Shown here in pieces: positions 1 to 13,117 of a stretch of 64,000 nucleotides of DNA. The stretch lies in assembly GCF_006345805.1 (NCBI RefSeq), contig NC_043004.1:65286001-65350000 (forward strand), written 5' to 3'. Numbering within the stretch: position 1 is the stretch's first letter; each line of letters begins with the position of its first letter. The notes beneath the pieces are model-generated. The model made no database searches and was not told the origin of the DNA. It saw nothing but the letters and a program-made list of their open reading frames with translations. The position numbers were made by a program, and so were the translations under genes. The DNA is from Octopus sinensis. Its lineage: Eukaryota.

Positions 1-95
1 ATTTTTGCTCCGGTTATATAAGGGAAGTAACTCTCTAAAAATGCTTATATAGTTATTTCCCTTATAAACCCGAGCAACGCCGGGCGATACTGCTA

Positions 96-96
<1 letters not shown>
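1..96 (+). mobile_element. Helitron 3' terminus (non-autonomous family, also at 51270-52692)
   Basis: GC hairpin CCCGAGCAACGCCGGG at 69-84 followed by CTAG (93-96) then T; the same terminal ~75 bp recurs at ~52620-52692. Confidence 0.75.
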
Positions 97-140
<44 letters not shown>

Positions 141-143
<3 letters not shown>

Positions 144-525
144 ATAATAACAAAGGGTAAAATTAATTAATTAAGAAGTAATCAATAATTTCACCAAGTA
201 GAATTCGGCATGAAATAGGACCATTTCACGGTAAACTTAGGTAATACTTTATAATTAGGGTTCAGCAAAGATTTTCTTTACCACATACCGAAGTTTAGAA
301 ATAGCAGCCAAAAATTCTTAACTATTTCTTCTACTTTAAAAAGGGACTCCCAGAAAAAAAAATACTTGAAAACAATCCACGCAGGCAGAGAGGATTGTTT
401 TCAAGTATTTTGTTTTTTTCTGGGAGTCCTTTTTTAAAGTAGAAGAAATAGGTAAGATTGTTTGGCTGCTATTTCTAAACTTCGGTATTTGGTAAAGAAA
501 ATCTTTGCTGAAACCTAATTATAAA

Positions 526-529
<4 letters not shown>
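141..529. repeat. Long fold-back (arms 244-378 and 392-529, 13-nt loop) between (TA)n tracts; PLE-like remnant
   Basis: Arms are near-perfect reverse complements over ~135 bp; the PLE assignment is by analogy only (no ribozyme seen). Confidence 0.8.
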
Positions 530-561
<32 letters not shown>

Positions 562-1202
562 ATATATATATATACACACATACACACATATATATATATA
601 ATATATATATATATACATATATGTATCTATACGTGCACTCACACACACAAATATGATATCCATATATATTTTTATATACTTACATATATATATGCATATT
701 CGCATAGATATATCTTATGTGTGTATGTTTGCACATATGCACACGTGTTTGTGTGTGTGTATGAACATATATGATGCTGTAATCTTCGAATGCAAACATG
801 GAATGGACTATAAACTTTCAAATGATTGTGATATAACAGTTATAACGTACGCTGAGATGCACACCTTGGTAACGACGTGTGAACTTCGATTACTAAAAGC
901 GTGCCATAAAAACAATGAGAGTTGAGGTGCTTATGCCGCTTCAAATGTCTAATATAATTTATTTGTCAGGCAATTTCGGTTTACGAATCCATTCCAAAAC
1001 AATATTAAACACACATTGTCCGAACATATCGGTGACTTCTATCGTTTTTTATGACCCATTTGCTCTGATATCCATTTGAGTATCCCCGTGTTGGCGTTGA
1101 GGCCCCTATTGACGTATATACACTATTACGTAACTACCTAACGCCCTTCAAAAATACTTACAAACATGTTAAGGTGTATTTATATAAGTATGATGTATGT
1201 GT

Positions 1203-1342
1203 AGGCGCGTGGCTCAGCGTTTAGGGAGCTGGACTAATGATCATTTGTCCCCGGGTTCAATACCAGTTCATGACAACGAGCGATGACCTTGAGCAAGTTA
1301 TTCCATTTCACATTGCTACAGTCTACTCAGTTGAAAATGAGG
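1203..1342 (+). mobile_element. Degenerate tRNA-derived SINE, family C
   Basis: A-box-like TGGCTCAGCG, B-box GGTTCAATAC, and the CCTTGAGCAAG..TTTCACATTGCT core shared with other C copies. Confidence 0.5.
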
Positions 1343-1364
1343 TATACATACAGGCAATATCTAT

Positions 1365-1560
1365 TATTTGTTTCAGTCATTAAACTGCGGTCATGCTGGG
1401 GCACTGCCTGAAGAATTTTTATTCAAATGAAACGACTCGAGTACTTAATATTTTACTAAGCTTGGCACTTATTCTATTGGTCGCTTTTCCCTAACCGCTA
1501 AGTTACGGGAACATAAGACACCAACACCGGTTGCCAAGCGGGGGTGGGGCATAAACACAG

Positions 1561-1593
<33 letters not shown>

Positions 1594-1610
1594 ACACACA
1601 CACACACACA

Positions 1611-1660
<50 letters not shown>

Positions 1661-1822
1661 GACGAGCTTCTTTCAGTTTCGGTCAACCAAATCCACTAAC
1701 AAAGCTTTGGTCAACCCCGGGCTATAGCGGAAGACACTCGCTCAAGATGGCACGCAGAAAGATTGAACCCAGAACGATGTGGTGGGGAAGTAGTCTTCTT
1801 ACCACACAGCCACACCTGTACC
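1365..1822 (-). mobile_element. tRNA-derived SINE family A (probably one of the octopus OK/OR SINEs) with internal microsatellite
   Basis: Matches the other A copies: head GTGGCTGTGTGGTAAG..GGTTCAGTCC, GAAACTGAAAGAAGC, internal (TA)n(TG)n, tail ATGACTGAAACAA. Confidence 0.85.
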
Positions 1823-3699
1823 ATATATTTAAAAATAACACTGATGTCTTTAAGTACGGCTATTCTGGGGACAGGTAAAACATCTCCTAAAATTCTTATT
1901 TAATGATTGAATCAGAAATAAAATGTTACTGTTATTTTAATAACCGGTCTCCAGCAGGAAAATAGAGATAACGGTGGTCCGTTGGAGAAATGGATCCCCG
2001 CGAGAATGAGCGGCTACTCTAGTGAGTGTCACCGGTCATTCTCTGCGACAGCGTCATCGTGGTCATTTCCGCAGGGTGCCTTTGAGCACACCTTTTTTTC
2101 TGGGATACGTGGCCCATCGCGCCTGCCCTTTCCATCTTCCGCGGCTTTACTTCTCTCTGTTTTCTTTTTACCCTTCTTTTTCCTTTCTCATTTCTCTCCT
2201 TTCCTGTTTCGTTGTGTCTCTGTAAATCTTTGAAATCTAATACTTGGAATAGATAAATTAGGTGATTGATGCTGTTAATGTTCCGTTCAAATTGTCACGG
2301 ATGTAGATACTTGCATGACAGATATCATCTGTAAGGAGATTCAAGCATGCCAGAGTGCTGAGGAGAAGGGACTTAGCATAGTGTAAAGTGCAATGTTTGA
2401 GTGGATACCGGACACAACAAAAGTGACCTTGTGTTATCGACAAGTGAGTCAGGAGTAAATTAGTGGAAGACGTACAAGACTAGATTGCGCTGTAGAACAG
2501 AGGTCTTTACTGAAGTGATAGAAAATGTTGCCAATCAATAAAATATAGATCAATAAGAAAATGTACCAGAGAGAGAAGTAAGTTATGAATTTACAATACT
2601 TGACTAAAACCCTTCTTAGGTGGTGTTCCAGCTTGGCCTAAGTCCACTGACTGAAAGATAAAGGAATCTGGTGTTAAACTTACATTGGCAACAGATCATA
2701 TATTTAGAAGGAAAAAGGATACATTCTAATAAAGAGGTTCTTGGACATCATTTTAACGATCACAGATGAGCGAAAAGTGTTGTCAGTTTTAGTAGAATAT
2801 TAACAAAATTTCTGGTGTGAGAAAATTTAAACATTGTAAAACATTTAGATCAATATTTTGCTTTTTCTAGTCTTCCAACATCCTTCCTGTTCCATATTAG
2901 CAAACGAATTTTATGATGAGAAATATTTAATGTTTCAAATATGTGTTAAAGAAGAATAAAAGAATGAAAGAATATCAAAATTTACGAACAAGTAAAGGAA
3001 CAAAAGATATATATTGCAAAATGAATTTCGCTGTTTATAAAATTGACAGCAAATATTTATCAAAATCTCAGCCTTAGTGAATGAAATTAGTTTAACAAAC
3101 ATTTCTGTAGAAATTCGTCGGAAAATAACATTCTATAACGAAATGAAAATATAAATTTTAATTAAAAAAAATAAATAGAATTCTCAACATTTTGAAATAC
3201 CGTTTGGCGGACCGAATTCCTAAGCAGAGAAAAAAATATAAAAAAATGTAAAAATATTATAAAATAGAGCAGAGATATTGTAATAAAGATGGCAGGCATA
3301 AATATTATTACTTCTGACGAGATATTGAAAATAGAGAAAAAAAAAGCATATTGCAAGCTCAAATCATCTTCTAACATGATTATTGACAGAAATGGTTTAG
3401 TGTCTAGTGCGAAACAAATGTAAACAAAAAGAGAAAAAAATATAATAATAATATAGAGAATATTAATGTTCGCATACACAAAAGTCAGAAGCATAATAAT
3501 GCATTTTGCATTAGACAAGCCAGTAGCAATTTGTGTCTGCAATAGCAAAAGAAATAACACTGTTATAGCCAGCTGTCCCAGTCGTCATAATGATGATATT
3601 GACCAGGCTTTCAGCGAATACCTACGGAGACAGATTATGAAATCCATTCAAAGCAGCCGTATAATAAATAGACTGTTGAAGATATTAGGAAGAAAGAAG

Positions 3700-3731
<32 letters not shown>

Positions 3732-5475
3732 GAGAGATAGAGGGGACGGGGAGAGATATGGAGAGACGACTGATAAACTCTCCAATTATTTAGTAATTTC
3801 ATTTTGGAAGGAATAATGAAATCCAACACCAACTCTATAATTCTATCACTTGCGTATACATGTATGTATGTGTATATGTATATATGTATATATATACATA
3901 CATATACACATACGCACACATGCACACATAGACACATACACTCACAAACACATACATATACACGTATCACAAATGCATGGTTGTGGTTAAGCTGTGCTTC
4001 AATAGCCAGAAAGAGATTAATATGATTGTATGTTGGACGCCTGAAGCGTCATATATATGTTAATTCATGTGAGGTAAACAGAGATAACACACCAGAAAAG
4101 CAGGTTCCGTTCGGTCATCGGCTGTACACATCTGCGTATTTGAAAACAATAAGGTAAAACTTTGCACCGCATGCAATGAAGGTTGTTGGTTCTTGTCGGC
4201 AATATACTAAGCTGGGGCTATCTTTTACAACATCCGAAACGAATTTTGACATGAGTCGGAAACTTGGAATAAAATCGTGCTTTTTACGACAGAGAATGAT
4301 GTAGTTTATCTCAATGAGGCTGAGGTCACATGAATTTGACATGTTCCTGAATGCCGTTAATTTATTTATCTTAGAACACCCATAAGATATTGGCGGTCAC
4401 GCCTGGGTCTTTAGATTTCCGTATATACTTTGATATCCCTGTGGGGTTTCACACGTGGCAATGATAAAAAGAGTTGTTGCTCTGGTGTAGGTGGCTCTTG
4501 TTACGAATCTTCTGTAATCCCTTTGTTCCTTGTTGGCGTGTTGCTGATTGAGATATACAATAGCAAAACTGCAATGCCATTCCTAAGATCGAATGCATAG
4601 AAACAAAACATTAAATATCGATCTGATTCTTCTCGCAGCATCTCATAAGTATGCAAAATATAACACACAATTCCCAAATAAGATTACCCTGATCAAGCAG
4701 AATATGTTTTATTTTTCTCTCACGTCACACCACCGTTGCATCACTGCAACGTGTTACTCAAAAATACAACCGCTTCTATCAAGTTCATGTATACGGCTTT
4801 TAATCATAATCACCCTTCAGAAGGATAGTTCTTAGCTGTTTTTAATTCATGTTGTAAAATTTTTCGTTTTCCCTGTCGCCCATCATCCTCCAATTGCCAT
4901 CTTTGTTTCATCTCCTTTTCATCCTTCTGTCATCTCCTTTTCATCTTACTCATCTTTCTCCGCCTCCTTTTCGTTTTCAGATGATGTTGATTGTTCTGTT
5001 GAGCATTCAACAAAAAGAAACCCGAAACAGAAACGATGTACTGATGTGTAATGTTACATTTCGCCAACCATAACACAACTCAACTCCATCATATCAGCAC
5101 AACTTCGTTTCGAGTGGAAAATCAAGTTAATCTGATTTTAAAAAAGCAAAAGAACTTGTTGGAAGTACACTACAATATGTTTCAATTTCAAGGGAATAGT
5201 TGCCATGGGAACACTTGATCTTTGTAATATTGAATAATGCTGGAAAGACTGATCAAGGATGTAAGCGACATGATCATCCTAAAAAGACACACGCACACAT
5301 ATGAACGCACGCACTCACATAGACGCGCGCGCATACACTCACGCACAGAAAAGGAAGACTAGTTTCAAGTGTTTTTCCCTAAGAATTATAAAGAAGATAA
5401 TGTCAGTCTTGACAATGTGAGAGAAATATTGTTTATACTGATCAAAATTATGACATCTGTGAAAATATTGACGAT

Positions 5476-5690
5476 GATTTCAAATTTCGGCACAAGGCCA
5501 GCAACTTCGGAGAAGGGTGCTAGTCGATTATATCGACCCCAGTGCTGAACTGGTATTTAATCTATCGACTCCCGAAAGGATGAAAGGCAAAGACGACGTC
5601 AGTAGAATTTGAACCCAGAACGTGCAGACAGACGAAATGCCGCTAAGCATTTTGCGCAGTGAGCTAACGACTCTGCCAGCTCGACGCCTT
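5476..5690 (-). mobile_element. SINE family B, tail T1
   Basis: Head AAGGCG..GAGCTGGCAGA, B box GGTTCAAAT, core GCCTTTCATCCTTTCGGG..TCGATA, tail GCCTTGTGCC. Confidence 0.85.
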
Positions 5691-5740
5691 CAGTAGCATT
5701 TAATATTAATATTAATAGTAATATTAACAAAAGATAATAA

Positions 5741-5950
5741 TCTTTTCTATTAAAGGCACAAGGCCCGATGTTTTAGGGGAGGGGACTAGTCAACTACATC
5801 GACCCCAGAATTTCCCTGGTACTTAATTTATCGACTCCGAAAGATGAAAGGCAAAGTCGACCACGGCGGCATTTGAACCCAGAATGTAGCGAAGGGCGAA
5901 ATACCACTAAGCATTTCGTCCAGCGTGCTAACGACTCTGCCAGCTCGCCG
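5741..5950 (-). mobile_element. SINE family B, tail T1
   Basis: Second adjacent copy with the same diagnostic motifs, ending GGGCCTTGTGCCTTTAATAGAAAAG. Confidence 0.85.
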
Positions 5951-6638
5951 ACTTCGATAGTATTTAATATTAATAGTAATATTAACATTGTTAATAATGT
6001 AAATATTAACACTATCTCATATCCAGACTGTAAGAGGTATCATATTTAATTAGTGGCAATATTCTAGCCTCTGTTGCAACTAGAACCCAACAGCTTGCAA
6101 AGTCACCGAGATGAGGTTAAAATTACTTTCATGAACAGTACACTTAAAGAAAAAACAACAACAACAACAGTCTCTTAAAGACGTAAGTTAAGAGAAACTG
6201 TAAGCTATGTGGAAATGAGGCGGGTGAGAAATTACATTTTAATTCTCAGATGTATAAGCGATTTAAACGATTTCCTCTAGGCTTGCTTCCTTTCGATGAT
6301 AGAACGAACAGAATTAAATAGGCAATATATTGTTACACTAGAATAGATAAATGTTGTTAACCTAGAACAGCTACTTGGAAGAGTAAATTAGAATGCAGAA
6401 TACATAATCTACGAAAATAAGCCAATGAAATTATGCAGACGACAATATGTAACCATAATATAGATACAAAGCGTAGCGAAACCCAGATTTCTTAATGAAT
6501 CAAGCAACATTCATGTTGGGTTGGTCAGACGTTTTTAATTCCCTGTGAAGTCCTGATCTAGCTCCCTTTATCTGTTAGTTTTTAGTCATGTGAAGGGCAG
6601 ATTTTAGGGACAACGATTTGACGACACAGCTGCTGCCT

Positions 6639-6675
<37 letters not shown>

Positions 6676-6741
6676 CCCTGCTGTTGCTGCTGCTGCCGCT
6701 GCTCTTGCTACCCTCCCCCTACTACTACTGGTTTAAAATTT

Positions 6742-6930
6742 TGACACAAGTAATATTGGTGGAGGGGATGGGGTTAGTCGATTACATCGAACCGAATACT
6801 TGGTGGTACTTTATTTTATTACCCACCTCCAGAGTATGAAAGGCAATGTTCATCTCGGTGATATTTAATCTCACAAACAGCCAGACGAAATACCGCTAAA
6901 CATTTCGCCCGGTGTGCTAACCCGGCGCCT
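6742..6930 (-). mobile_element. SINE family B, degenerate
   Basis: GTTAGCACACCGGGCGAAATGTTTAGCGGTATTTCGTC head and core on the minus strand. Confidence 0.7.
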
Positions 6931-7150
6931 CAAATAATGCTTTCAAAGTTTGGCCGCTTTCACTAATAATAATAATGAGACATTCTCTAGGACAATACTC
7001 CGTGCAAAACCAAAAATAAGGCACCCTGGTCATAACACCAACTTGAACTTCTAAATTGTTGTCTCTTAAGGTCTCTGGGTGAGACTTTTGTCCACTTGTA
7101 CAAATAAAACGCAAAAGCTAACCATATAACAACAACTATAATAATAATAA

Positions 7151-7833
7151 TGCCCTGATGCAGTACCAGGCAGTGGCTCTCATGGCTTCTAATCTTAACT
7201 GATTGGAAGTGTTATCATGTACATTGTTTTGTCTTGGTATAAAAGATGGGCTACAGCAAATATTCTGCTCAATACCAATGCCCTGATGCAGTACCAGGCA
7301 GTGGCTCTCATGGCTTCTGATCTTAACTGATTGGAAGTGTTATCATGTACATTGTTTTGTCTTGGTATAAAAGATGGGCTACAGCAAATATTCTGCTCAA
7401 TACCACAGATCTGCTTGTCAGTTGTTTGACCATAACCAGTTGAGCATGTCCCTTAGTGGCTGACGATATATGCATCTCTGATCACGAGCAGAAGTAGTGG
7501 GGGAGCATCATGGCCATGTGTTGAGGGGGATTCTTTGGGGTTTGAATAATTCACCTCTGGAAACATGGGTGGTTCTTTCAACATCCTTAAACAACCCTTA
7601 TTCAGGGACCTTTTGAGCGGGATGGGCTACTCAACCTGAAGAAAATTCTAACTGGGCCCCACCTGCAAGGTCATGTGCTGTTTATCTTGATATGAGATCA
7701 CCATGTCGCGCACATATGGTTGTGATGCATGTGCCTGGTGTACCTTTATCAGACGGGTAGTCATGATGGGTATATTGGGCTTCGTATATTTTACCCCAGT
7801 GTCACTTTGATGGCATGCACTGCTCTCTCACTC
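7151..7833 (+). mobile_element. Non-coding retroelement family E in (AAT)n; 5' 128 bp tandemly duplicated
   Basis: Three copies in the window (also 12721 and 14927) share the 3' ~350 bp and all end in (AAT)n; 7151-7278 is repeated from 7279. Confidence 0.8.
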
Positions 7834-7924
7834 AATAATAATAATAATAACAACAATAATGCTGCTGCTGCTGATGATGATGATAATGTTGCTGCTGCTG
7901 CTGCTGATGATGATAATAATAATG

Positions 7925-8291
7925 ATAGTCTTAATTGAGAAAGAAAACAAACTATGCTGCCCTGCTGGCAACAACGTATGCGATAAGGAAGAAAGAAAAG
8001 TCGAGAGATATGACAGGTTAGCTTGGGAAGTTAAGCAGTTATGATCTATGAAAAGGTAGCAGTAGTACCAAGAATTATCGGAGCCCTGGGAACAGTGAGC
8101 AAAAATCTTGAGAAGTACGTGGAACAAATAGGTGTTGCAATAAGGGTGGAGCACCTGCAGAAAACAGCACTGCCTGAAACCGCTCGAATACTACGGAAGG
8201 TGCTCGAAAAATAAGAGGTGTTACCTTAGTTCACTGGTAGTGAACAGTTGACATTGTCATACATCTCCAGCGTTAGAAGCTGTGCAAAGGC
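7925..8291 (+). mobile_element. 5'-truncated R4/Dong-type LINE, second family (RLE C-terminus plus 3' UTR)
   Basis: Translates IVLIEKENKLC..KEERKVERY..IIGALGTV..LQKTAL..TARILRKVLE, homologous to the C-terminus of the 8454-12636 LINE. Confidence 0.8.
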
Positions 8292-8306
8292 ACTACTACT
8301 ACTACT

Positions 8307-8354
<48 letters not shown>

Positions 8355-8397
8355 ATAATAATAATAATAATATAATAATAATATAATAATAATAATG

Positions 8398-8453
<56 letters not shown>
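8292..8453. repeat. (ACT)n(AAT)n microsatellite between two Dong-type LINEs
   Basis: Direct reading of the sequence. Confidence 0.95.
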
Positions 8454-8457
<4 letters not shown>

Positions 8458-11400
8458 CCGGGGGACTTTTAAGAGAGAACACCGGGGAACGTTTAAGAAA
8501 GAACACCGGGGGACGTTTAAGATGTAAGAACAATAAAACAGTGCTCCGAAATCTATCCACAAACATCGAAGACAAATACATCGTATGGAGCCAAAAATTT
8601 ACTAACAAAGGATTGGACTATATCCGAATAAGTAATACTCATTGAAATTTATTACTATTTTCGAAACGAAATGATGTATTTTAACTCGATATCATCTCCA
8701 CCTCTAACGCAACACATGTAAGCATGCGTGATACATTACGATCCATCAACACCAGATCATACCCGACCCCAAACACCATGTGCAAAGGAACTACGAAGAA
8801 ATTAAATACCACCGATATTATTCAACCAAAGAATAACAATCGGGAAGTACTTACTTTAAACTTACAACATAAAATGTACGAAAAACTACACGTGCAAAAC
8901 AATGTGACAACAGAAAGGAACGGACTGGTACCCTACGAAAATGACGACCGTCAAAATAATGGGCCGGACGTTGTTTCTCATGTCCCGCAAATAAAACCCA
9001 AAAGACATAAATGGACACGTGAGGAATACATTTCTATTTTACACGCATACTTCACAGCAGTGCTCTACCCAAAAAATGAAAACACAACAACACATACATA
9101 TAAAATATGGAAGGAAAACAACATAAATATAGACTTGGATACAGCAATCAACCCTAATAAAATAGCTAACGTACGAAGATACATTCTCAACGCAAAAAAA
9201 TATCAGAAATAGAAATAGAACATCTAAAAGAAAAAATGTAGATAGGAGCCACACAACAATACCCAATAATATAAACACTGAAACAGTAAAACACGAAGAC
9301 AAACGTAACATTCCCAACAAACACGATGTAAACAAAAAACAACAAACCCAGACCGTAAGGATGCATAATAATACACGACAAACAGCAAGCCAAAACACGG
9401 CAAACAAACATATAAATAAGAAAGAAAGCGACACAAATCTAAAACCTGGAAACAACGAAGGGGAGCCTAATGATTACGATAATATAAAAAGGAAAATAAT
9501 CAAAGAACTGAAAACCACAGAGCTCAAAATGGACCACCGGCCATACCTTCCAAGAATCAAAATAGTCGAAACAACAACAACAATTATAAACAGCATAAAC
9601 CTAGCCGTCACGGAACTAATAGCCACTGAAACAAAAAAAGCGATATAACTGAGCTAAATGACTTAGTATACGCAGCAGCCACTGCAGCCACAAAAGAAGC
9701 TGGATACTCACTCAAACCCATCCAAACAGGAGTACCACCCAAACAAACCCTGTGGATAAATAACATCTAAAACAAAATACAAAAAATGAGAAAAGATCTG
9801 TCGATTCTTAATGAAATCAGTAGACAATCAACGCTACTGAGCAACAAAAAGAAAACAAAAATACTCGGCAAATATAACATCACAGAAAAAGATTTACCTG
9901 AGATAAAAGAAAAGCTGAAGAAAGATATTCTTGCCAAAGCACAAAGGATCCGCCGGTACGAGAAATGCCAGCGCTTCTTTGAACAAAACAAAAAGTTCAA
10001 CTCCAACCCCAAAAAGTTTTACCAAGAACTTGGCAAAAATAAAATAGAAATCACTGCAGCACCAACGGCAGAAGAAGTGGAAGAATTCTGGAGAGAAATA
10101 TGGTCGGCGAACGAACAACCAAAAAAAGGAGTATTAAAACAACAAACTCAGCATCTGAACAACTTTGGACCCCCATAACAACTGCAGAGGTCACCCAGGC
10201 ACTGCAAAGACTAAGCAACTGGAAGGCACCTGGGCACGACAAGATCCCCAACTTCTGGTTGAAATATCTAACAGGAATGCACAAAAAGCTGGCTGAAACT
10301 TTAACAACATACTAGCAGAGCCAGAGACAATGCATGTATGGCTCACGAAGGGGAAAACCATCTTAATTCCCAAATCAAATGAGACAGCAAAACCAGAAAA
10401 CTACAGACCAATAACCTGTCTCCCTACAATGTACAAGGTATTTACTGCAGTGATATCGCAAAGGTTGAACAAGCACCTGAACGAAAACAACCTGTTTCCA
10501 GAAGAGCAGAAAGGATGCCGCAAAGGCTCATATGGCTGTAAAGATCAACTTATGATTAATAAAGCCATAACTGAAGACAGCCACAGAAAGAAGAAAGGCC
10601 TCAGTATGGTCTGGATCGACTACAAAAAGGCGTTTGATAGCATCCCCCACACATGGATCCTCGAAACACTAGCCATGAACAAGTAGCACCAACAATTATA
10701 AAATTCATAGGGCACTCTATGAATAAATGGCAAACAGTACTACAACTCCAAACAAAAAAAGGACTCATGAAAACCAAAGCCATCCCCATTAGAAGAGGAA
10801 TATTCCAGGGAGACACGCTCTCTCCACTCCTTTTTTGCTTGGCACTGTCACCTCTATCTGATATGCTAAATAGAACTGGATGCGGATATAAATGTTACGG
10901 CAAAACGATCAGCCACCTTTTATATATGGATGACCTAAAACTATACGCTGCAAATGACAAACAGCTGGAAACACTATTAAAGACAGTTCATGGATTTACT
11001 AAAGAAATAGATATGAAATTTGGATTAGAAAAATGCGCCAAAGTAACCCTGAAAAGAGGAAAACTAGTTAAGAGTAGCAACATCACACTAGATAAAATGA
11101 ATGAAATAAAAGAACTAGACCAAAGCCAAACTTACAAATACTTAGAAATCCATGAACTAGATAAGACACAACACACACAAATGAAAGAGAAAATAAAAAA
11201 AGAATATTATAGACGAGTTAGATCAATGCTAAAAACTAGATAATAGGTATTAACACTTTAGCTGTCCCAGTTATAAGTTACAGCTACAATATCCTAAACT
11301 GGACACTAAATGAACTGACCAAAATAGATAGGAAAACAAGAAAAATACTGACAGGATCTAGGATGCATCACCCAAAATCTGACATAGAAAGACTATATAT

Positions 11401-12633
11401 ACAACGTATAGATGATGGTAGAGGCCTTGTACAGCTGGAAAACTACTATAAAATAACCACCATAGAACTGCAAAAATATCTACTTCAGAAGGAAGGAAAA
11501 CTGATACAAATAGCGGCAAAACACGAGCAAAACAAAAAACTGCTCTCAGTATTCAAGGAAGCTGACAAATACAAACAAGAAATCATACCACCTAATAAAT
11601 ATGAAGAAGAAGAAGAAGAAGAAGAAGAAGAAGAAGAAGAAGAAGAAGAAGAAGAAGAAGAAGAAGAAGAAGAAGAAGAAGAAGAAGAAGATGATGATGA
11701 AAAAACGACAAAAGCTATAAACAAATGAAATCCAAGCTAAAAATAGAACAGCAACGAACCATGATAAAATGATGGCAAGAAAAGCCCCTTCATGGCAAAT
11801 ACTGGACTAAACTAAATGCAAAAGAAATAGACAAAGAAAAATCCCATCAATGGTTGAGAAGCTCAGGACTCAAAGCAGAGACAGAGGGATTTTTTATTGC
11901 AGCACAAGACCAAAGCCTCCCCACCAGAAATTACCAAAAACATGTAATGAAAAGAAATATAACAAGTAACAGCAGGATATGTGGAGATGGACAAGAAACA
12001 ATAAATCATATTCTCTCGCGCTGCCCAGTCCTGGCTAAGAAGGAATATATTCACAGACATGACAGAGTTGGAACCTACATACACTGGGAGCTATGCCAAC
12101 ATTATGGAATAACAACAGAAAAAAGAGGGTATAGGCACACACCAGAAAAGGTCACAGAAAACGAGAAAGCAACCATACCCTGGGATATGCCAATACACAC
12201 AGATAGAGAAATTAAGGCCAACAGACCAGATATAGTTGTCAGAGATCATGAAGAAAAAAAATGTTTTCTAATTGATGTATCAATACCAGCGGATGACAAC
12301 GTGTCTCTAAAAGAAATGGAGAAACTTTCAAAATACAAAGACATGGCAACAGAGGTAACCAGAATGTGGAATCTAAAAACAGAAACAATTCCTATCATAA
12401 TAGGTGCATTAGGCATGATAAAAAATATTCAGACAAATACATAACAAAAACACCAGGACTTACAAACACATATAACATACAGAAAATTGCACTACTATGC
12501 ACTGCACACATCCTACGCAGAACACATTCCATACAATAACCAGCAGAGCATCACAACAAATCACAGCACGTGCCCAAGGCACACAGAGCTGCGCTCGGTA
12601 GTGAAGTGAAAGCACGCTATAAAAATAAAACTA

Positions 12634-12636
<3 letters not shown>
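8454..12636 (+). mobile_element. Full-length decayed R4/Dong-clade non-LTR retrotransposon inserted in (AAT)n
   Basis: Single long disrupted ORF: N-terminal KWTREEY region, RT (YRPITCL, WIDYKKAFDS, GIFQGDTLSP, YMDDLKLY, YKYL), CCHC finger remnant, RHD motif, PD..D endonuclease; (AAT)n on both sides. Confidence 0.93.
8724..12539 (+). pseudogene. Disrupted RT/RLE polyprotein ORF of the Dong-type LINE
   Basis: ORF-track pieces 8724, 9361, 9786, 10100, 10330, 10653, 11363 and 11854 join across frameshifts and stops; terminal TAA at 12537-12539. Confidence 0.9.
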
Positions 12637-12710
<74 letters not shown>

Positions 12711-12720
12711 TAATAATAAT

Positions 12721-13067
12721 GAGCAGAGGTAGTGGGGAAGCATCATAGCCATGTGTTGAAAGAAATTCTTGGAGGTTTGGATACTTCATCGTTGGAAACA
12801 TGAGGGGTTCGTTCAACATCTTTAAATAATCCTTATTCAGGGCCTTTTAAGCGGGATGGGCTACTCAACCAGAAGGAAATTCTAACCGGCCCCTACCTGC
12901 AAGGTCATGCGCTGTTTATCTTGATATGAGATCACCATGTCGCGCACATATGGTTGTGATGCATGTGCCTGGTGTACCCTTATCAGATAGGTAGCCATGA
13001 TGGGTATACCAGGATTCGTATATTTTACCCTAGTGTCACTTTGATGGCATGCACTGCTGTCTCATTC
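12721..13067 (+). mobile_element. Family E, 5'-truncated, between (AAT)n tracts
   Basis: Colinear with the 3' part of the 7151-7833 copy. Confidence 0.8.

Positions 13068-13117
<50 letters not shown>

Noticed and set aside
3162-3560. Hydrophobic minus-strand ORF resembling a membrane protein (likewise 13293-13481 and 24865-25541)
   Set aside because: F/I/L richness is expected from T-rich strands; no family motif or splice structure could be confirmed
4115-4560. Minus-strand peptide with faint GPCR TM6/7 or piggyBac resemblance
   Set aside because: Interrupted by stops, and two incompatible interpretations fit equally weakly
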